Source: an uncultured Pelagibacteraceae bacterium (lineage in GTDB: Bacteria > Pseudomonadota > Alphaproteobacteria > Pelagibacterales > Pelagibacteraceae). Taken from it: a DNA stretch of 64,000 bases. This document shows, in pieces, positions 21,353 to 32,733 of this stretch; within the stretch, counting starts at the first letter, position 1, and every line of letters starts with the position of its first letter. Both the position numbers and the translations under genes were made by a program. The notes beneath the pieces were generated by a model. It did not search any database. It saw only the letters and a program-made list of their open reading frames with translations, and was not told the origin of the DNA. The stretch lies in NCBI GenBank assembly GCA_902618855.1, contig CACNCD010000005.1, positions 23,907-87,906 of the forward strand, given 5' to 3'.

Positions 21353-22165
21353 ATGAAAATTTTATTAAATAAAAATGATTTAAATGAGGCACTATATAGT
21401 CATTCAAACTTAGGTTTTGTGCCAACTATGGGTAGCCTCCACGAAGGTCATATTTCATTAATAAAAAAATCGATGAAACAGTGTAAAAAAACTCTAGTTA
21501 GTATATTTATTAATCCAACACAATTTAATAATAAAAATGATTACAAAAATTACCCTAAAAATTATAAAAGAGATTTGTCAATTCTTAGAAATCTTAATGT
21601 TGATTTCGTATTTATCCCTAAGAAAAGCGAAATTTATAATTATAAAAGAATAAAAAAAATTAAGATTCCTGAAAAACATAAGATTATGTGCGCAAAATAT
21701 AGAAAAGGGCATTTTGAGGGAGTAATTGATGTAATGGATCGTCTAACAAAAATTATAAAACCAAAAAAAATATTTATGGGTGAAAAAGATTTTCAACAGT
21801 TATATCTGGTAAAAAAATTTATTGAAAAGAATTATAAATCTAGAATTATAAGCTGTAAAACAATACGTGATAAAAATAAACTAGCTTTATCTTCAAGAAA
21901 TATACTTTTGAATGAAAGTGAATTGTCTATAGCTAGACAATTATCTAAGAATATTTATTTCATTAAGAAAAAATTAAACAAAATAAAAGACAAAAAGAAA
22001 TTTCTTTTAAAAAAGAAAAACGAAATTAAAAAAATTTATAATACTAGTATTGAATATCTTGAATTACGAAATATTAATAATTTACAAATAACAAATAATA
22101 TTAAAAAATCAAAACTTTTTATAGCTTATTATTTGAATAAAATAAGATTAATAGATAATTTTTAA
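21353..22165 (+). CDS. panC: Pantoate--beta-alanine ligase
   Basis: GFVPTMGSLHEGH, SIFINPTQF, R.GHFEGV, GEKDFQQ, LALSSRN. Confidence 0.95.
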   Translation: MKILLNKNDLNEALYSHSNLGFVPTMGSLHEGHISLIKKSMKQCKKTLVSIFINPTQFNNKNDYKNYPKNYKRDLSILRNLNVDFVFIPKKSEIYNYKRIKKIKIPEKHKIMCAKYRKGHFEGVIDVMDRLTKIIKPKKIFMGEKDFQQLYLVKKFIEKNYKSRIISCKTIRDKNKLALSSRNILLNESELSIARQLSKNIYFIKKKLNKIKDKKKFLLKKKNEIKKIYNTSIEYLELRNINNLQITNNIKKSKLFIAYYLNKIRLIDNF

Positions 22166-22167
22166 TT

Positions 22168-23541
22168 TTAGAAAAAATAAGCACCAACTCCTAAAAAAGA
22201 AACAAAACCTATAACATCTGTAATTGTAGTAACAAAAACACTTGATGCGATAGCTGGATCAATATTCATTTTTTTTAATGATACTGGAACTAAAATTCCA
22301 AAAAGACCTGCAACGACCATAGTAAGCACCATTGAAATTGATATTATTAAAGATAATTGTGTATCATTAAACCATAATTGAACTATCAAAGAACTAATAA
22401 TAGCAAATATTATTCCATTCAATACTCCAATATTAAATTCTTTTAATATATTTTGATTAAAATTATTTTTTGTTAGATCGTTAGTTGCAAGTGTTCTCAC
22501 GGTGACAGCAAGAGTTTGCATACCAGCATTTCCACCCATTGATGCCACTATGGGCATTAAAAAAGCTAAAACCACCATTTGTTCTATTGTGGCTCCAAAT
22601 AAACTAATACACCAAGTTGCTAAGAATGCTGTAAATAAATTTAATAATAACCAGTTAAATCTTCTTTTAGTTTTTGTCAAAACACCGTCGGTTATTTCTT
22701 CATCACCTACACCAGCAAGCCTTAATACATCTTCCTCTGCTTCTTCTTTAAGTACTGTTAGAACATCATCACTGGTTATCATTCCTACTAATTTATTATT
22801 TTTATCAACAACACAAGCAGAATTTAAATTATAATTTTCAAATAAGTGTCCCACTTTTTCTCTATCCATATCAACTGGAATTGAAAGCTGACTTTCATTC
22901 ATTATAGAAATCATTTTTGCATCTCTTGGTGTTCTTAAAACTTTTGATGATGGAACTGTGCCTATTGGTTTAAACTCATTATCAACTATAAATATTTCAA
23001 GGAACTGTTCTGGTAAATCCTTATTTTCTCGAAGATAATCAATAGTTTGACCCACTGACCAGTTGCTTGGAATGGCTGTAAATTGTCTCTGCATTAATCT
23101 AGCAGCTGTATCCTCTGGATAACTTAAACTTTCCAATAAAGCAAAACGATCTTTAGGTGGTAATGAACTTAAAATTGAATTTTTATTTTTTTCGTCAATA
23201 TTTTCCAAAATTTGAATAGAATCATCAGAGTCCAGATTTTTCAAAATAGTCACTATTGATTCTGATGACAAATAGTTAATTATTTCTTTTTGAATTGACT
23301 CATTTAATTCAATAAATATTTCTGGATCAATTTTAAAATTATTTAATTTAATTAATTTTTCACGATTATTTTCACTTAAATTTTCAATAATATCTGCTGC
23401 GTCCGCAGGATGCATCTCCTTAAATGAATTGTTAATAAACAAAGCATCATTATTAACTATTTTATCAGTAACAACGTTAATGTACTCTTTATTAAACTCA
23501 AAGTTGACTTTTTTATCTTTTATTTTTTTTATTAAAGTCAT
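22168..23541 (-). CDS. mgtE: Magnesium transporter MgtE
   Basis: MHPADAADIIE, YPEDTAARLM, CBS pair, PIVASMGGNAGMQ, DPAIASSVFVTTITDVIG. Confidence 0.96.
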   Translation of the reverse strand: MTLIKKIKDKKVNFEFNKEYINVVTDKIVNNDALFINNSFKEMHPADAADIIENLSENNREKLIKLNNFKIDPEIFIELNESIQKEIINYLSSESIVTILKNLDSDDSIQILENIDEKNKNSILSSLPPKDRFALLESLSYPEDTAARLMQRQFTAIPSNWSVGQTIDYLRENKDLPEQFLEIFIVDNEFKPIGTVPSSKVLRTPRDAKMISIMNESQLSIPVDMDREKVGHLFENYNLNSACVVDKNNKLVGMITSDDVLTVLKEEAEEDVLRLAGVGDEEITDGVLTKTKRRFNWLLLNLFTAFLATWCISLFGATIEQMVVLAFLMPIVASMGGNAGMQTLAVTVRTLATNDLTKNNFNQNILKEFNIGVLNGIIFAIISSLIVQLWFNDTQLSLIISISMVLTMVVAGLFGILVPVSLKKMNIDPAIASSVFVTTITDVIGFVSFLGVGAYFF

Positions 23542-23601
23542 AAATTTATCTATAATTTATTAGGCACTATTAATATAAAATTCATATAATACAATTCTTT
23601 A

Positions 23602-24222
23602 ATGGATATTGAGATCAAAAAATCAAAAAAACCCGTAGAATACGCTAAAGCAATAAGTTTTTTGGAGAGTAGAATTGACAAAATTCTAAAAAATAAAGCA
23701 CCAGAGTTAATATGGATATTAGAACATCCATCGATTTACACAGCTGGGAGTAGTTATAACGAAAGAGAAATTTTAGATAAATCTATAAATTTATATAAAA
23801 CAAATCGAGGTGGAAAAATAACGTATCACGGACCAGGTCAAATTATTTTTTACTTTGCCATAAATCTAAATAATAGAAAAAAAGATATTAGAAATTTAAT
23901 TAACAAAATTGAAAATACAATAATTGAAACTTTTAAAAATTATAAAATTAAAGCATTTGCGGATAAAAAAAATATTGGTATTTGGGTTAATCATAAAAAG
24001 AAAATAAAAAAAATAGCAGCAATAGGAATAAGAGTTAGAAGGTGGGTTGCTTATCATGGTTTTTCAATTAATGTTAATACAGATTTAAAGAAATATAAAA
24101 AAATAATTCCTTGTGGAATAAAGGATAAAGATTTAATCAATCTCAGCAAAATTAAAAATCAATCTTACAAAAATTTAAAAAAAGATTTAATAGAAAATTT
24201 TATAAAGAACTTAAAAAGTTAA
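23602..24222 (+). CDS. lipB: Lipoyl(octanoyl) transferase
   Basis: [39 protein letters not shown]. Confidence 0.96.
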   Translation: MDIEIKKSKKPVEYAKAISFLESRIDKILKNKAPELIWILEHPSIYTAGSSYNEREILDKSINLYKTNRGGKITYHGPGQIIFYFAINLNNRKKDIRNLINKIENTIIETFKNYKIKAFADKKNIGIWVNHKKKIKKIAAIGIRVRRWVAYHGFSINVNTDLKKYKKIIPCGIKDKDLINLSKIKNQSYKNLKKDLIENFIKNLKS

Positions 24223-25117
24223 GTCTTTTAGTTTTTAAAAAATTTTTAAAATAGTCAGGAAGCATAGCTCTATAAGTAAATTTTTTATCTTTAATCATAA
24301 ATTTAATTTGATATGAATGAAGCATTAAATTTTTATTTATACCTTGTAATTTTTTTTTAAAATTATACTTTTGGTCACCATAAATGGGATGGCCAATTTC
24401 AAATAACTGTTTTCTTAGTTGATGCTTACGTCCAGTTATAGGTTTCATTTCAATAAGAGTAAAGTTTACATTTTTATCTAAAACTTTAAAATAAGTTTTG
24501 GCTTTTTCTGAAATTGGTTTATTTTTTTCATATCTAATTAAATCAGAGTTCCATTCACCTGATTTTTCAGATATTTCGCCGTGGCATATAGCTAAATAAG
24601 TTTTATGAACTTTCCTTAATCTGAATAAAGAAGTAAGAAGTTGAGCTGACTCCCTATTTTTTGCAATAATAAAAACTCCAGATGTATCTTTGTCTAATCT
24701 ATGTACTGTAAAAGGCTTTGTATCAATAAATATTTCACTTTTAGAAAAAATATCAATAAGATTTTTTTTCGATTTTGTACCTCCTTGAACCGAAATTCCT
24801 GATTTTTTATTAATAACAACAAAATCCTTATTATTATCAATTATTAAATCTTCGTTTGACTTTATTATATCTTTTGTAGGTTTAAATTTAATTTTTTTTT
24901 TAGTTATTTGTGGCTTAAAATAAAAATCATTTAATTCAATTTTTTCATTCGTATTTATCTTGTAAGAACTTTTAACTTTTTTATTGTTAACTTTTATTTT
25001 TCCATATCTTAAATTTTTTTCTATGAACGATTGTGGTAGTTCTCCTAAGTTTTTTCTTAACCAGCGATCAATACGCATTTTATTAAACGTCTCTTCAACG
25101 TTATAAATTTTTTTCAT
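24200..25117 (-). CDS. RluA-family pseudouridine synthase with S4 domain (RluC-like)
   Basis: RIDRWL S4-like start, HRLDKDTSG catalytic motif, [21 protein letters not shown]. Confidence 0.92.
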   Translation of the reverse strand: MKKIYNVEETFNKMRIDRWLRKNLGELPQSFIEKNLRYGKIKVNNKKVKSSYKINTNEKIELNDFYFKPQITKKKIKFKPTKDIIKSNEDLIIDNNKDFVVINKKSGISVQGGTKSKKNLIDIFSKSEIFIDTKPFTVHRLDKDTSGVFIIAKNRESAQLLTSLFRLRKVHKTYLAICHGEISEKSGEWNSDLIRYEKNKPISEKAKTYFKVLDKNVNFTLIEMKPITGRKHQLRKQLFEIGHPIYGDQKYNFKKKLQGINKNLMLHSYQIKFMIKDKKFTYRAMLPDYFKNFLKTKRLNFLSSL

Positions 25118-25133
25118 GACTTTAAATGTTTAA

Positions 25134-25571
25134 TTAGGCTGGAACCGATTTTTTTTCTTCTTGTTTTTCTTTTGCAGTATCTTTTTTCTTTTTATCAATT
25201 CTTTTTGCCTCTTTATCTCTATCAACAAACTCTATAACCGCCATAGGTGCATTGTCTCCATACCTAAAGCCAGCCTTTACAATTCTAGTATAACCACCAT
25301 TTCTTTTTTCATATCTTTTAGATAAAGTTTTTTTAACTTTATTCGTAGATTGAATATTTTGTAATTTTTTCATTAATAACCTTGTTGTTTGTAATGTCTC
25401 TTTTTTTCCTAATGTTATAATTTTATCTGCTTGAGGTTTTAAAAACTTTGCTTTTGGTAATGTGGTAGTAATTTGTTCATATTTTATTAAGGAATTAAGC
25501 ATATTTTTTAATAGAGCTTTTCTATGCTCTGAAGTTCTATTTAGTTTTTTATTTGCAAATCCGTGTCTCAT
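25134..25571 (-). CDS. rplQ: 50S ribosomal protein L17
   Basis: MRHG...LNRTSEHRKALL, RNGGYTRI. Confidence 0.98.
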   Translation of the reverse strand: MRHGFANKKLNRTSEHRKALLKNMLNSLIKYEQITTTLPKAKFLKPQADKIITLGKKETLQTTRLLMKKLQNIQSTNKVKKTLSKRYEKRNGGYTRIVKAGFRYGDNAPMAVIEFVDRDKEAKRIDKKKKDTAKEKQEEKKSVPA

Positions 25572-25576
25572 GAGAT

Positions 25577-26605
25577 TTAGATAGCTTCTTCAAGTTTTTT
25601 TGACATCTCAGCGATATTGTCTGGAGGCCAATTAGGTATTTCCATTCCAAGATATAGAGACATCCCATTTAAAACTTCTTTAATTTCATTTAATGATTTT
25701 CTACCAAAGTTTGGTGTTCTTAACATTTCGCCTTCGGATTTTTGAACTAAATCGCCTATATAGATAATATTATCGTTTTTTAAGCAATTCATAGATCTAA
25801 CTGATAACTCTAACTCATCAACTTTTCTAAGAAGATTTTTATTAAATTCTGGTTCAGATGGCTTTTCACGCACAATAACTTCCTGAGGCTCATCAAAATT
25901 CACAAACATGTTCAATTGATCCTGAAATATTTTTGCTGAATATGCTACCGCATCCTCAGCTGAAATCGATCCATTTGTTTTTACTTCCATAGTAAGTTTA
26001 TCATAATCTAAAGCTTTACCTTCTCTAGCTGTACTTACAGAATAGGTTACTTTTTTTACTGGGCTGTATAATGAATCAATCGGGATAAGACCAAGTGGAG
26101 GCTCGTCTGGTTTGTTCATGGAAGCTGGAACATATCCTTTGCCAGTTTCAACAGTCATTTCCATATGAAAATTCGTTTTTTCATCTAAATTGCAAATTAC
26201 TAAATCAGGATTTAAAATTTCTATATCAGGTACTGTTGTAATATTTGAAGCTTTTATTTCACCAGGTCCCTTGGCATCTAAAACTAATTTTTTTACACCC
26301 TCAAACGAACTTTTAAGAGCTAAAGATTTAACGTTTAACACAATATCAGTAACATCTTCTCTGATACCCTTAATAGATGTAAATTCATGAAGAACACCAT
26401 CAATCTGTATTGAAGTTACTGCTGCGCCTCTTATAGAAGATAGCAATATTCTTCTCAAAGAATTCCCAAGAGTTAATCCATATCCTTTTTCTAAAGGTTC
26501 TGCTGTAATTTTAGCATAAGTTTTATCATCACTAAGTTGAACATCTAATTTTGATGGTTTTATTAATGATTTCCAATTTTTAATATTTACATCACTTGTT
26601 TCCAT
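25577..26605 (-). CDS. rpoA: RNA polymerase alpha subunit
   Basis: [44 protein letters not shown]. Confidence 0.99.
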   Translation of the reverse strand: METSDVNIKNWKSLIKPSKLDVQLSDDKTYAKITAEPLEKGYGLTLGNSLRRILLSSIRGAAVTSIQIDGVLHEFTSIKGIREDVTDIVLNVKSLALKSSFEGVKKLVLDAKGPGEIKASNITTVPDIEILNPDLVICNLDEKTNFHMEMTVETGKGYVPASMNKPDEPPLGLIPIDSLYSPVKKVTYSVSTAREGKALDYDKLTMEVKTNGSISAEDAVAYSAKIFQDQLNMFVNFDEPQEVIVREKPSEPEFNKNLLRKVDELELSVRSMNCLKNDNIIYIGDLVQKSEGEMLRTPNFGRKSLNEIKEVLNGMSLYLGMEIPNWPPDNIAEMSKKLEEAI

Positions 26606-27055
26606 TTATACTCTCCTTTTTTTTGGTGGCCTTGATCCATTATGGGGCATTGGCGTTGTATCTTTAATTGAAATAATTTTAAAACCTCTAGCTTGAAGAG
26701 CTCTCAAAGCTGTTTCTCTTCCAGATCCTGGACCTTTTACTTCGACAGATAAAACTTTCATTCCATACTCTAGAGCTTTAGAAGCAGCTGCATCAGCAGC
26801 AACTTGTGCAGCATAAGGAGTTGATTTTCTTGATCCTTTAAAGCCTTTCTGTCCCGCTGATGCCCAAGAAACAACATTGCCACTTGTATCAGCTATAGAA
26901 ATAATTGTGTTATTAAATGTTGATTGAACATATGCAATTCCATTAAGTATATTTTTTTTAACTTTCTTTTTTTTTGAGTATGTGCTTTTTTTTACAGTAC
27001 TAACTTTTTTTTCCTGTTCCTGGTCCTGATTACTTTTCTTTTCTGATTTTGCCAT
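26606..27055 (-). CDS. rpsK: 30S ribosomal protein S11
   Basis: [33 protein letters not shown]. Confidence 0.98.
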   Translation of the reverse strand: MAKSEKKSNQDQEQEKKVSTVKKSTYSKKKKVKKNILNGIAYVQSTFNNTIISIADTSGNVVSWASAGQKGFKGSRKSTPYAAQVAADAAASKALEYGMKVLSVEVKGPGSGRETALRALQARGFKIISIKDTTPMPHNGSRPPKKRRV

Positions 27056-27057
27056 TA

Positions 27058-27441
27058 TTATTTTTTCAGTGGTGTTAATTTTTTACCAGCTATAGCTATT
27101 GCTTTTCCTTTTCGTGTTCTTGCATTACATCTAGTTCTTTGACCTCTTACTGGTAATTTTTTTCTATGCCTTGAACCTCTATATGAAGCAAGGTCAATTA
27201 ATCTTTTTATATTTAAAGAATACTCTCTTCTTAAATCACCTTCTACTTTGAAATTTTTATCAATATACTCTCTAATTTTAAGTATCTGATCATCCGTTAA
27301 CTCATTAACTCTTTTTGATTTAGGAATTTCTAAATCCTTACAAATTTGTTGAGAAAATTTATCTCCTATTCCATATATATAAGTAAGTCCAATTTGAACA
27401 AGTTTGTTTTGTGGAATATTTACCCCTGCAATACGAGCCAT
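27058..27441 (-). CDS. rpsM: 30S ribosomal protein S13
   Basis: [27 protein letters not shown]. Confidence 0.98.
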   Translation of the reverse strand: MARIAGVNIPQNKLVQIGLTYIYGIGDKFSQQICKDLEIPKSKRVNELTDDQILKIREYIDKNFKVEGDLRREYSLNIKRLIDLASYRGSRHRKKLPVRGQRTRCNARTRKGKAIAIAGKKLTPLKK

Positions 27442-27465
27442 AAAAAGTGATTAAAAATTTAGCCT

Positions 27466-27493
27466 TTTATATAAGAAGTTTGTTTAAAGTCAA
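27466..27493 (-). promoter_or_regulatory. Promoter of the alpha operon (rpsM-rpsK-rpoA-rplQ)
   Basis: Minus strand TTGACT-N16-TATAAA in the 56-bp adk-rpsM spacer. Confidence 0.55.
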
Positions 27494-27497
27494 TGCG

Positions 27498-28061
27498 TTA
27501 AACCCTAAGTTTTTCCTCAATTTTTTGAGAAATTTCGTTTATTTCCATAGATCCATCTATTTCGTGAAAATTTTGATTATTTGTATAATAATCTAACACG
27601 GGTTTTGTAACTTCCATATAGGTATCATATCTTTTTAAAATAATACTTTCTTCATCATCTGATCTTTTTTCTAAAACTTTTCTTTTTTCAATTCTTTTAA
27701 TAATTGCATCCTTATTTACATTAAGAAAAAAAATGTAGTCTATTTTTTGATTAGATTTATTTAGCAAAATTTCAAGATTTTTTGCTTGGTTTAAGGTTCT
27801 TGGATAACCATCAAAAATTAGCTTATTTTTTTTTGGAGGATCAAATATTATTTTTTCAAGAAGCTTATTTACAATTTCATCGTCTACAAATTTTCCATCA
27901 TTCATATTATTTACAATTTTTTTTCCAATTTCTGAATCCTTATTAATTTCTTCTCTCAACATATCGCCTGTTGATACCTGAAAACTATTTAATTTTTCTA
28001 CCAAATATTTAGCCTGTGTTCCTTTTCCAGCACCCGGCGGACCAAAGATAATAATATTCAC
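27498..28061 (-). CDS. adk: Adenylate kinase (short-LID type)
   Basis: GPPGAGKGTQA, STGDMLR, FDGYPR, RSDD; 187 aa; GTG start. Confidence 0.97.
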   Translation of the reverse strand: MNIIIFGPPGAGKGTQAKYLVEKLNSFQVSTGDMLREEINKDSEIGKKIVNNMNDGKFVDDEIVNKLLEKIIFDPPKKNKLIFDGYPRTLNQAKNLEILLNKSNQKIDYIFFLNVNKDAIIKRIEKRKVLEKRSDDEESIILKRYDTYMEVTKPVLDYYTNNQNFHEIDGSMEINEISQKIEEKLRV

Positions 28062-29342
28062 TTACCTTCCAAATTTTGTTTTTTTGATTAATTGCTCGTA
28101 TTGAGAGCTCATCATTCTGGTTTGAACTTGTGTAACTGTATCAATAGCAACTACAACTACAATAAGTATAGACGTTCCACCCAAATAAAAAGGTATTGGG
28201 TAATTTGCTATTAAAAATTCTGGCATTAAACAAACTAAAGTCAAATACAATGCTCCAATAGTCGTTAGTTTAGTTAAAATATTATCAATATACATTGCTG
28301 TACTTTCGCCTGGTCGTATTCCAGGAATAAAACCACCATGTTTTCTTAAATTTTCTGCAGTTTCATTTGGATTAAAGGTTATTGATGTATAAAAAAAAGT
28401 GAAAAAAATTATTCCTGATGCATATAATAACATATAGAGAGGTTGACCCTGACCAAAAAAAGATGAAAAATTCAAGAAAGTTTCACTTTGACTAAAATTA
28501 AAGTTAGAAAAAGTAACTGGCAACAGAAGCAATGCTGAAGCAAATATTGCTGGTATAACTCCAGCTTGATTAATTTTTAATGGAAGAAATGATGAGTCTC
28601 CACCATATATTTTATTTCCCATTTGTCTTTTTGGGTAGTTTATTAAAATTTTCCTTAATGCTCTTTCCATGAAAACGATAAACATAATAGTTCCAACCAA
28701 AAGTAAAAAAATTAAAATTATCATCACTGTTGAAATTGCTCCAGTTCTTCCTAGCTCAAATGTCGTCACAAGTGCTCGAGGTATTTCTGCTACAATACCT
28801 GAGAATATTATTAATGAAATTCCATTACCTATACCTCTTTGAGTGATTTGTTCACCTAACCACATTAAGAAAATTGTTCCAGCAACAATTGTTGTAACGG
28901 TAGATATTTTAAAAAACATTCCAGGATTTATAACTAGATTTGCAGATGATTCTAATCCAACAGCTAAACCGTATCCTTGAACCATTGCTAATAAAACTGT
29001 ACCATATCGAGTGATTTGTGATATTTTTTTTCTACCTATTTCACCTTGACTTTTCAAATTTTTAAAATAATCGGAAACACCAGTTAACAACTGCACAATG
29101 ATAGATGATGATATGTAAGGCATAATACCTAAGGCAAAAATAGCCATTCTACTAATTGCTCCTCCAGCAAAAACGTTAAACATTCCTAATAAACCTTTTT
29201 GGTTTCCCTCCATCATTACTTGTAATTGGTCAGGATCGATACCCGGTAGAGGAACAAAAGTTCCAAATCTGTAAATTGATAAAATAAAAATCGTAAATAT
29301 TATTCTATTTTTAAGATCACCTGATTGTAGACTTGCACTCAT
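28062..29342 (-). CDS. secY: Preprotein translocase SecY
   Basis: IFALGIMPYISSSIIVQLL, GIGNGISLIIF, FIPGIRPG. Confidence 0.99.
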   Translation of the reverse strand: MSASLQSGDLKNRIIFTIFILSIYRFGTFVPLPGIDPDQLQVMMEGNQKGLLGMFNVFAGGAISRMAIFALGIMPYISSSIIVQLLTGVSDYFKNLKSQGEIGRKKISQITRYGTVLLAMVQGYGLAVGLESSANLVINPGMFFKISTVTTIVAGTIFLMWLGEQITQRGIGNGISLIIFSGIVAEIPRALVTTFELGRTGAISTVMIILIFLLLVGTIMFIVFMERALRKILINYPKRQMGNKIYGGDSSFLPLKINQAGVIPAIFASALLLLPVTFSNFNFSQSETFLNFSSFFGQGQPLYMLLYASGIIFFTFFYTSITFNPNETAENLRKHGGFIPGIRPGESTAMYIDNILTKLTTIGALYLTLVCLMPEFLIANYPIPFYLGGTSILIVVVVAIDTVTQVQTRMMSSQYEQLIKKTKFGR

Positions 29343-29354
29343 AAACTAGTTGGT

Positions 29355-29810
29355 CTATTTTTTGTTAATTTGAATTGATCCACCAATTTTTTTAAGTTTT
29401 TCAATTGCTGATTTAGAAATTAAATCTGCTTGAATATTAACTTTGTCTTTAATTTCACCTTTTCCTAAAATTTTCAATATCCTGCTATTTTTATTGATGA
29501 TTTTGAGTTTCTTTAAAATATCTACATTTATTGTCTGATTAGAGTTCAATTTTTTTTTATTAATAAACATTTGAATTTTATCGAGATTTATTTTTGCAAT
29601 TTTTAGATCTTTTATAGAATTAAAACCTCTTTTGGGTAGTCTTCTATAAAGAGGCATTTGACCACCTTCAAAACTTTTAATTGCAACACCTGATCTAGAT
29701 TTCTGACCTTTTACCCCTCGACCCGAAGTTTTGCCCTTTCCAGACCCAATACCTCTGCCTACTCGGATTTTTTTTCTAATAATTTTTCCTGTTGTATTTA
29801 ATGTTGTCAT
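29355..29810 (-). CDS. rplO: 50S ribosomal protein L15
   Basis: RVGRGIGSGKGKTSGRG, FEGGQMPLYRRLPKRGF. Confidence 0.98.
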   Translation of the reverse strand: MTTLNTTGKIIRKKIRVGRGIGSGKGKTSGRGVKGQKSRSGVAIKSFEGGQMPLYRRLPKRGFNSIKDLKIAKINLDKIQMFINKKKLNSNQTINVDILKKLKIINKNSRILKILGKGEIKDKVNIQADLISKSAIEKLKKIGGSIQINKK

Positions 29811-30313
29811 TATCCTCTTTTTTCAATTATTTCTGAAATTTTTTTATTTCTTATAGTAGATATTTGTTTTGGTGAATTTTGAGCTGTTAGTGCTTTCATC
29901 GTTGCTCTTATCACATTATGAGGATTTGCAGTTCCCATAGATTTAGCAACGATATCTCTTATACCCAAAACTTCACAAACAGCTCTCACAGGACCACCAG
30001 CAATTATACCAGTTCCTTTCGGTGCTGCTCTTAATTTAATTTTCCCCGCTCCGTCTTTTCCATAAATATCATGATGAATTGTTCTTCCTTCTCTTAAAGG
30101 AATGTGTATAAGTTTTCTTCGCGCCATTTCATTTGCCTTTTTAATTGCATCAGGTACTTGTTTAGCTTTTGCATGAGCTATTCCAATTTTTCCATTTTGA
30201 TTTCCCACTACAACTAAGGCTGAAAATCCAAATCTTCTTCCACCTTTGACAACTTTGGTTATTCTATTAATATGAACCAATTTTTCTACAATATCATCTT
30301 TATTTTTTTCCAT
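29810..30313 (-). CDS. rpsE: 30S ribosomal protein S5
   Basis: [26 protein letters not shown]; start moved to ATG 30313. Confidence 0.98.
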   Translation of the reverse strand: MEKNKDDIVEKLVHINRITKVVKGGRRFGFSALVVVGNQNGKIGIAHAKAKQVPDAIKKANEMARRKLIHIPLREGRTIHHDIYGKDGAGKIKLRAAPKGTGIIAGGPVRAVCEVLGIRDIVAKSMGTANPHNVIRATMKALTAQNSPKQISTIRNKKISEIIEKRG

Positions 30314-30314
30314 A

Positions 30315-30671
30315 TTAAAAATCCAATCCATTTTTTCTTAAAGTTTCCGCAAAGATTTTTACTCTTCCATGATATTTATAAATACCTCTGTCGAAATAAA
30401 CTTTTGTTATTTTTTTTTCTATAGCTTTTTTTGCAAGTCTTTCTGCAACTGCTTTTGAAAGATCACTTTTATTTTTCACATTTAAATTTTTAATATCCTT
30501 TTCTATTGATGAAGCGGAAAATAAGGTTTTTGAATTTTTATCATCAATAATTTGTGCAGAAATATTTTTGGTTGATCTCGAAACACAAATTCTAAATCTA
30601 TCTGATTTAGCAACTTTTTTTATTTTGTTTTTAACTCTGAATCTTTTTCTATTTGACGTAGTTAATTTCAT
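30315..30671 (-). CDS. rplR: 50S ribosomal protein L18
   Basis: [18 protein letters not shown]. Confidence 0.97.
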   Translation of the reverse strand: MKLTTSNRKRFRVKNKIKKVAKSDRFRICVSRSTKNISAQIIDDKNSKTLFSASSIEKDIKNLNVKNKSDLSKAVAERLAKKAIEKKITKVYFDRGIYKYHGRVKIFAETLRKNGLDF

Positions 30672-31210
30672 TATTTTTTCTTACCTTCTTTTCTAAGTAT
30701 GTATTGATCTTTTTCCCTTATTCCTTTACCTTTGTATGGTTCGGGAGGTCTTATAGATTTAATCTTTGAGACTACTTCACCAACAAGCTGTTTATCGTAA
30801 CCCGAAATCTTTAAAGTAGTTTGTTTTTCAACAGTAACTTTTATTCCTTCTGGTATATCAAAATTAATATCATGGCTAAAACCAAGTTGCATATTTAACT
30901 GTTTACCTTTTAAAGTCGCCCTATAGCCTACTCCTACAAGTTCTAAAGTTTTTTCAAAACCTTTACTTATTCCTATTATGGCGTTGTTAACCAAACTTCT
31001 GTTCATTCCCCATAGTCTTTTTGTATCTTGGTCAATTTTTTTTGGTTTTAAAGATATTTCCTTTCCATCATTAATTTTTAAATCAAATATATTTAAATCA
31101 ATATTAAGTGATTTTTTGCCCATCGGACCGTCTACATTTAAAATAGATCCATTTAATGCTACTTTTACTTTATCTGGTATTGATATATTTATTTTTCCAA
31201 TTTTAGACAT
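30671..31210 (-). CDS. rplF: 50S ribosomal protein L6
   Basis: [23 protein letters not shown]. Confidence 0.98.
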   Translation of the reverse strand: MSKIGKINISIPDKVKVALNGSILNVDGPMGKKSLNIDLNIFDLKINDGKEISLKPKKIDQDTKRLWGMNRSLVNNAIIGISKGFEKTLELVGVGYRATLKGKQLNMQLGFSHDINFDIPEGIKVTVEKQTTLKISGYDKQLVGEVVSKIKSIRPPEPYKGKGIREKDQYILRKEGKKK

Positions 31211-31605
31211 TAAAATACCTTACAAATTATTTCTCCGCCAATTTTTTGTTTTCTAGCATCAAGATCAGTCATAACGCCCTTGGGAGTTGAGATTATTGCA
31301 ATACCTAGGCCATTATTAATTTTTGGAAGACTTTCAGCGCTAGAAAAGATTCTTCTTCCAGGTTTTGATATTCTTTCAATTGTACTTATAACTGGATTTC
31401 CAGAATGATATTTCAAGTTTATTGATAAAACTGGTTTTTTCTTATCTTCGTTAATTTTATAATCCACAATATAACCCTCATTTTTTAAAATTTCTGATAT
31501 GCTTATTTTAAAATTTGAAGAAGGTAATTCTACGATTTTATGATTTCTTAATTGTGCGTTTTTAATTCTAGCTATCATATCTCCAATTGGGTCACTTAAA
31601 CTCAT
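31210..31605 (-). CDS. rpsH: 30S ribosomal protein S8
   Basis: DPIGDMIARIKNA, SKPGRRIF, STPKGVMT. Confidence 0.98.
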   Translation of the reverse strand: MSLSDPIGDMIARIKNAQLRNHKIVELPSSNFKISISEILKNEGYIVDYKINEDKKKPVLSINLKYHSGNPVISTIERISKPGRRIFSSAESLPKINNGLGIAIISTPKGVMTDLDARKQKIGGEIICKVF

Positions 31606-31616
31606 AATTTTCCTTT

Positions 31617-31922
31617 CTACCAGCTTGATTTAACCATCCCTGGTATTTTTCCTTGTAATCCTAGTTGTCTCAAAGCAATTCTAGAAATTTTTAATTTTCT
31701 ATAAACCCCATGTGGTCTACCAGTTATTTGACATCTATTCATAATTCTTACCTTGGAAGAATTTCTAGGTAGCTTTGAAAGTTTTTGCTGTGCCTTAAAT
31801 CTTTCTTCTAAAGAAAGTTTCTTATTCATAACTATTTTCTTTAGTTCTTTTCTTTTCTTAAAGTATTTATTAACAAGTTTTATTCTTCTATTGTTTTTAT
31901 TTATCGCACTTAATTTTGCCAT
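31617..31922 (-). CDS. rpsN: 30S ribosomal protein S14 (Zn-independent long form)
   Basis: [22 protein letters not shown]. Confidence 0.98.
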   Translation of the reverse strand: MAKLSAINKNNRRIKLVNKYFKKRKELKKIVMNKKLSLEERFKAQQKLSKLPRNSSKVRIMNRCQITGRPHGVYRKLKISRIALRQLGLQGKIPGMVKSSW

Positions 31923-31923
31923 T

Positions 31924-32478
31924 TTAGTTTTCTCCTTTATTTTTAAACGGGAAGTTCAATTTTGTTAATAGTTCACGACTATGCTCTATAGACTTTGAAT
32001 TAATAACTATAGTGATATCTAAACCTCTTATTTTATCTACCTTATCAAAATTAACTTCTGGAAAAATTATATGTTCTTTAACACCAAATGTGTAGTTCCC
32101 AAACTTATCAAAACCATTTGATGATAAACCTCTAAAATCTTTAATACGTGGCAACGCTATATTAACTAATCTATCAATAAATTCGTACATCTTATTTTTT
32201 CTTAATGTAACTTTTAGACCAGCATTTGTGCCTTTTCTTGTCTTAAAATTAGAAATAGATTTTTTAAATTTTGTTAGCACTGGTTTTTGACCAGCAATAT
32301 TAGCCAAGTCTTCTTCACAGGATTTAATGATTTTAGAGTCATTACCATCTAATCCTAAACCCATATTAATTACTACTTTTTCCAAATATGGTGTCATATA
32401 TAAATTTTTAAATCCAAATTTTTCCTTTAATGATGGTTGTATTTCTTTTAAATAAAGTTCTTTTAGTCTAGGTGTCAT
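31924..32478 (-). CDS. rplE: 50S ribosomal protein L5
   Basis: [27 protein letters not shown]. Confidence 0.98.
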   Translation of the reverse strand: MTPRLKELYLKEIQPSLKEKFGFKNLYMTPYLEKVVINMGLGLDGNDSKIIKSCEEDLANIAGQKPVLTKFKKSISNFKTRKGTNAGLKVTLRKNKMYEFIDRLVNIALPRIKDFRGLSSNGFDKFGNYTFGVKEHIIFPEVNFDKVDKIRGLDITIVINSKSIEHSRELLTKLNFPFKNKGEN

Positions 32479-32483
32479 AAAAT

Positions 32484-32732
32484 TTATTTTTTAACCTCTT
32501 TTTTTTTACTTTTAGCTGTATCCATAATTATTGCTAAATTTGATATATTTAGAAAATTCTCTTTTGAAACAATTCCCCCTTTTTTTTCCTTAGTTGTTTT
32601 CACATGTTTCTTTACCATGTTAATACCTTTAACTTTCGCCCTATTATTAGATCTATCAATTTCAATAACTTCACCTTCTTTTCTTTTATCCTTTCCAGCT
32701 ATAATTTTTACCTTGTTGCCTTTTTTAATCAT
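32484..32732 (-). CDS. rplX: 50S ribosomal protein L24 (short, 82 aa)
   Basis: [18 protein letters not shown] motif, GINMVKKH; start ATG 32732. Confidence 0.95.
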   Translation of the reverse strand: MIKKGNKVKIIAGKDKRKEGEVIEIDRSNNRAKVKGINMVKKHVKTTKEKKGGIVSKENFLNISNLAIIMDTAKSKKKEVKK

Positions 32733-32733
32733 T

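Noticed and set aside
21353-22165. panC without an adjacent panB
   Set aside because: Pathway completeness cannot be judged from one window; panB may lie elsewhere.
25577-28061. Absence of rpsD, rpmJ, infA and map from the secY-alpha region; short-LID adenylate kinase
   Set aside because: secY-adk-rpsM-rpsK-rpoA-rplQ is the usual alphaproteobacterial arrangement, and short-LID Adk variants are well known.
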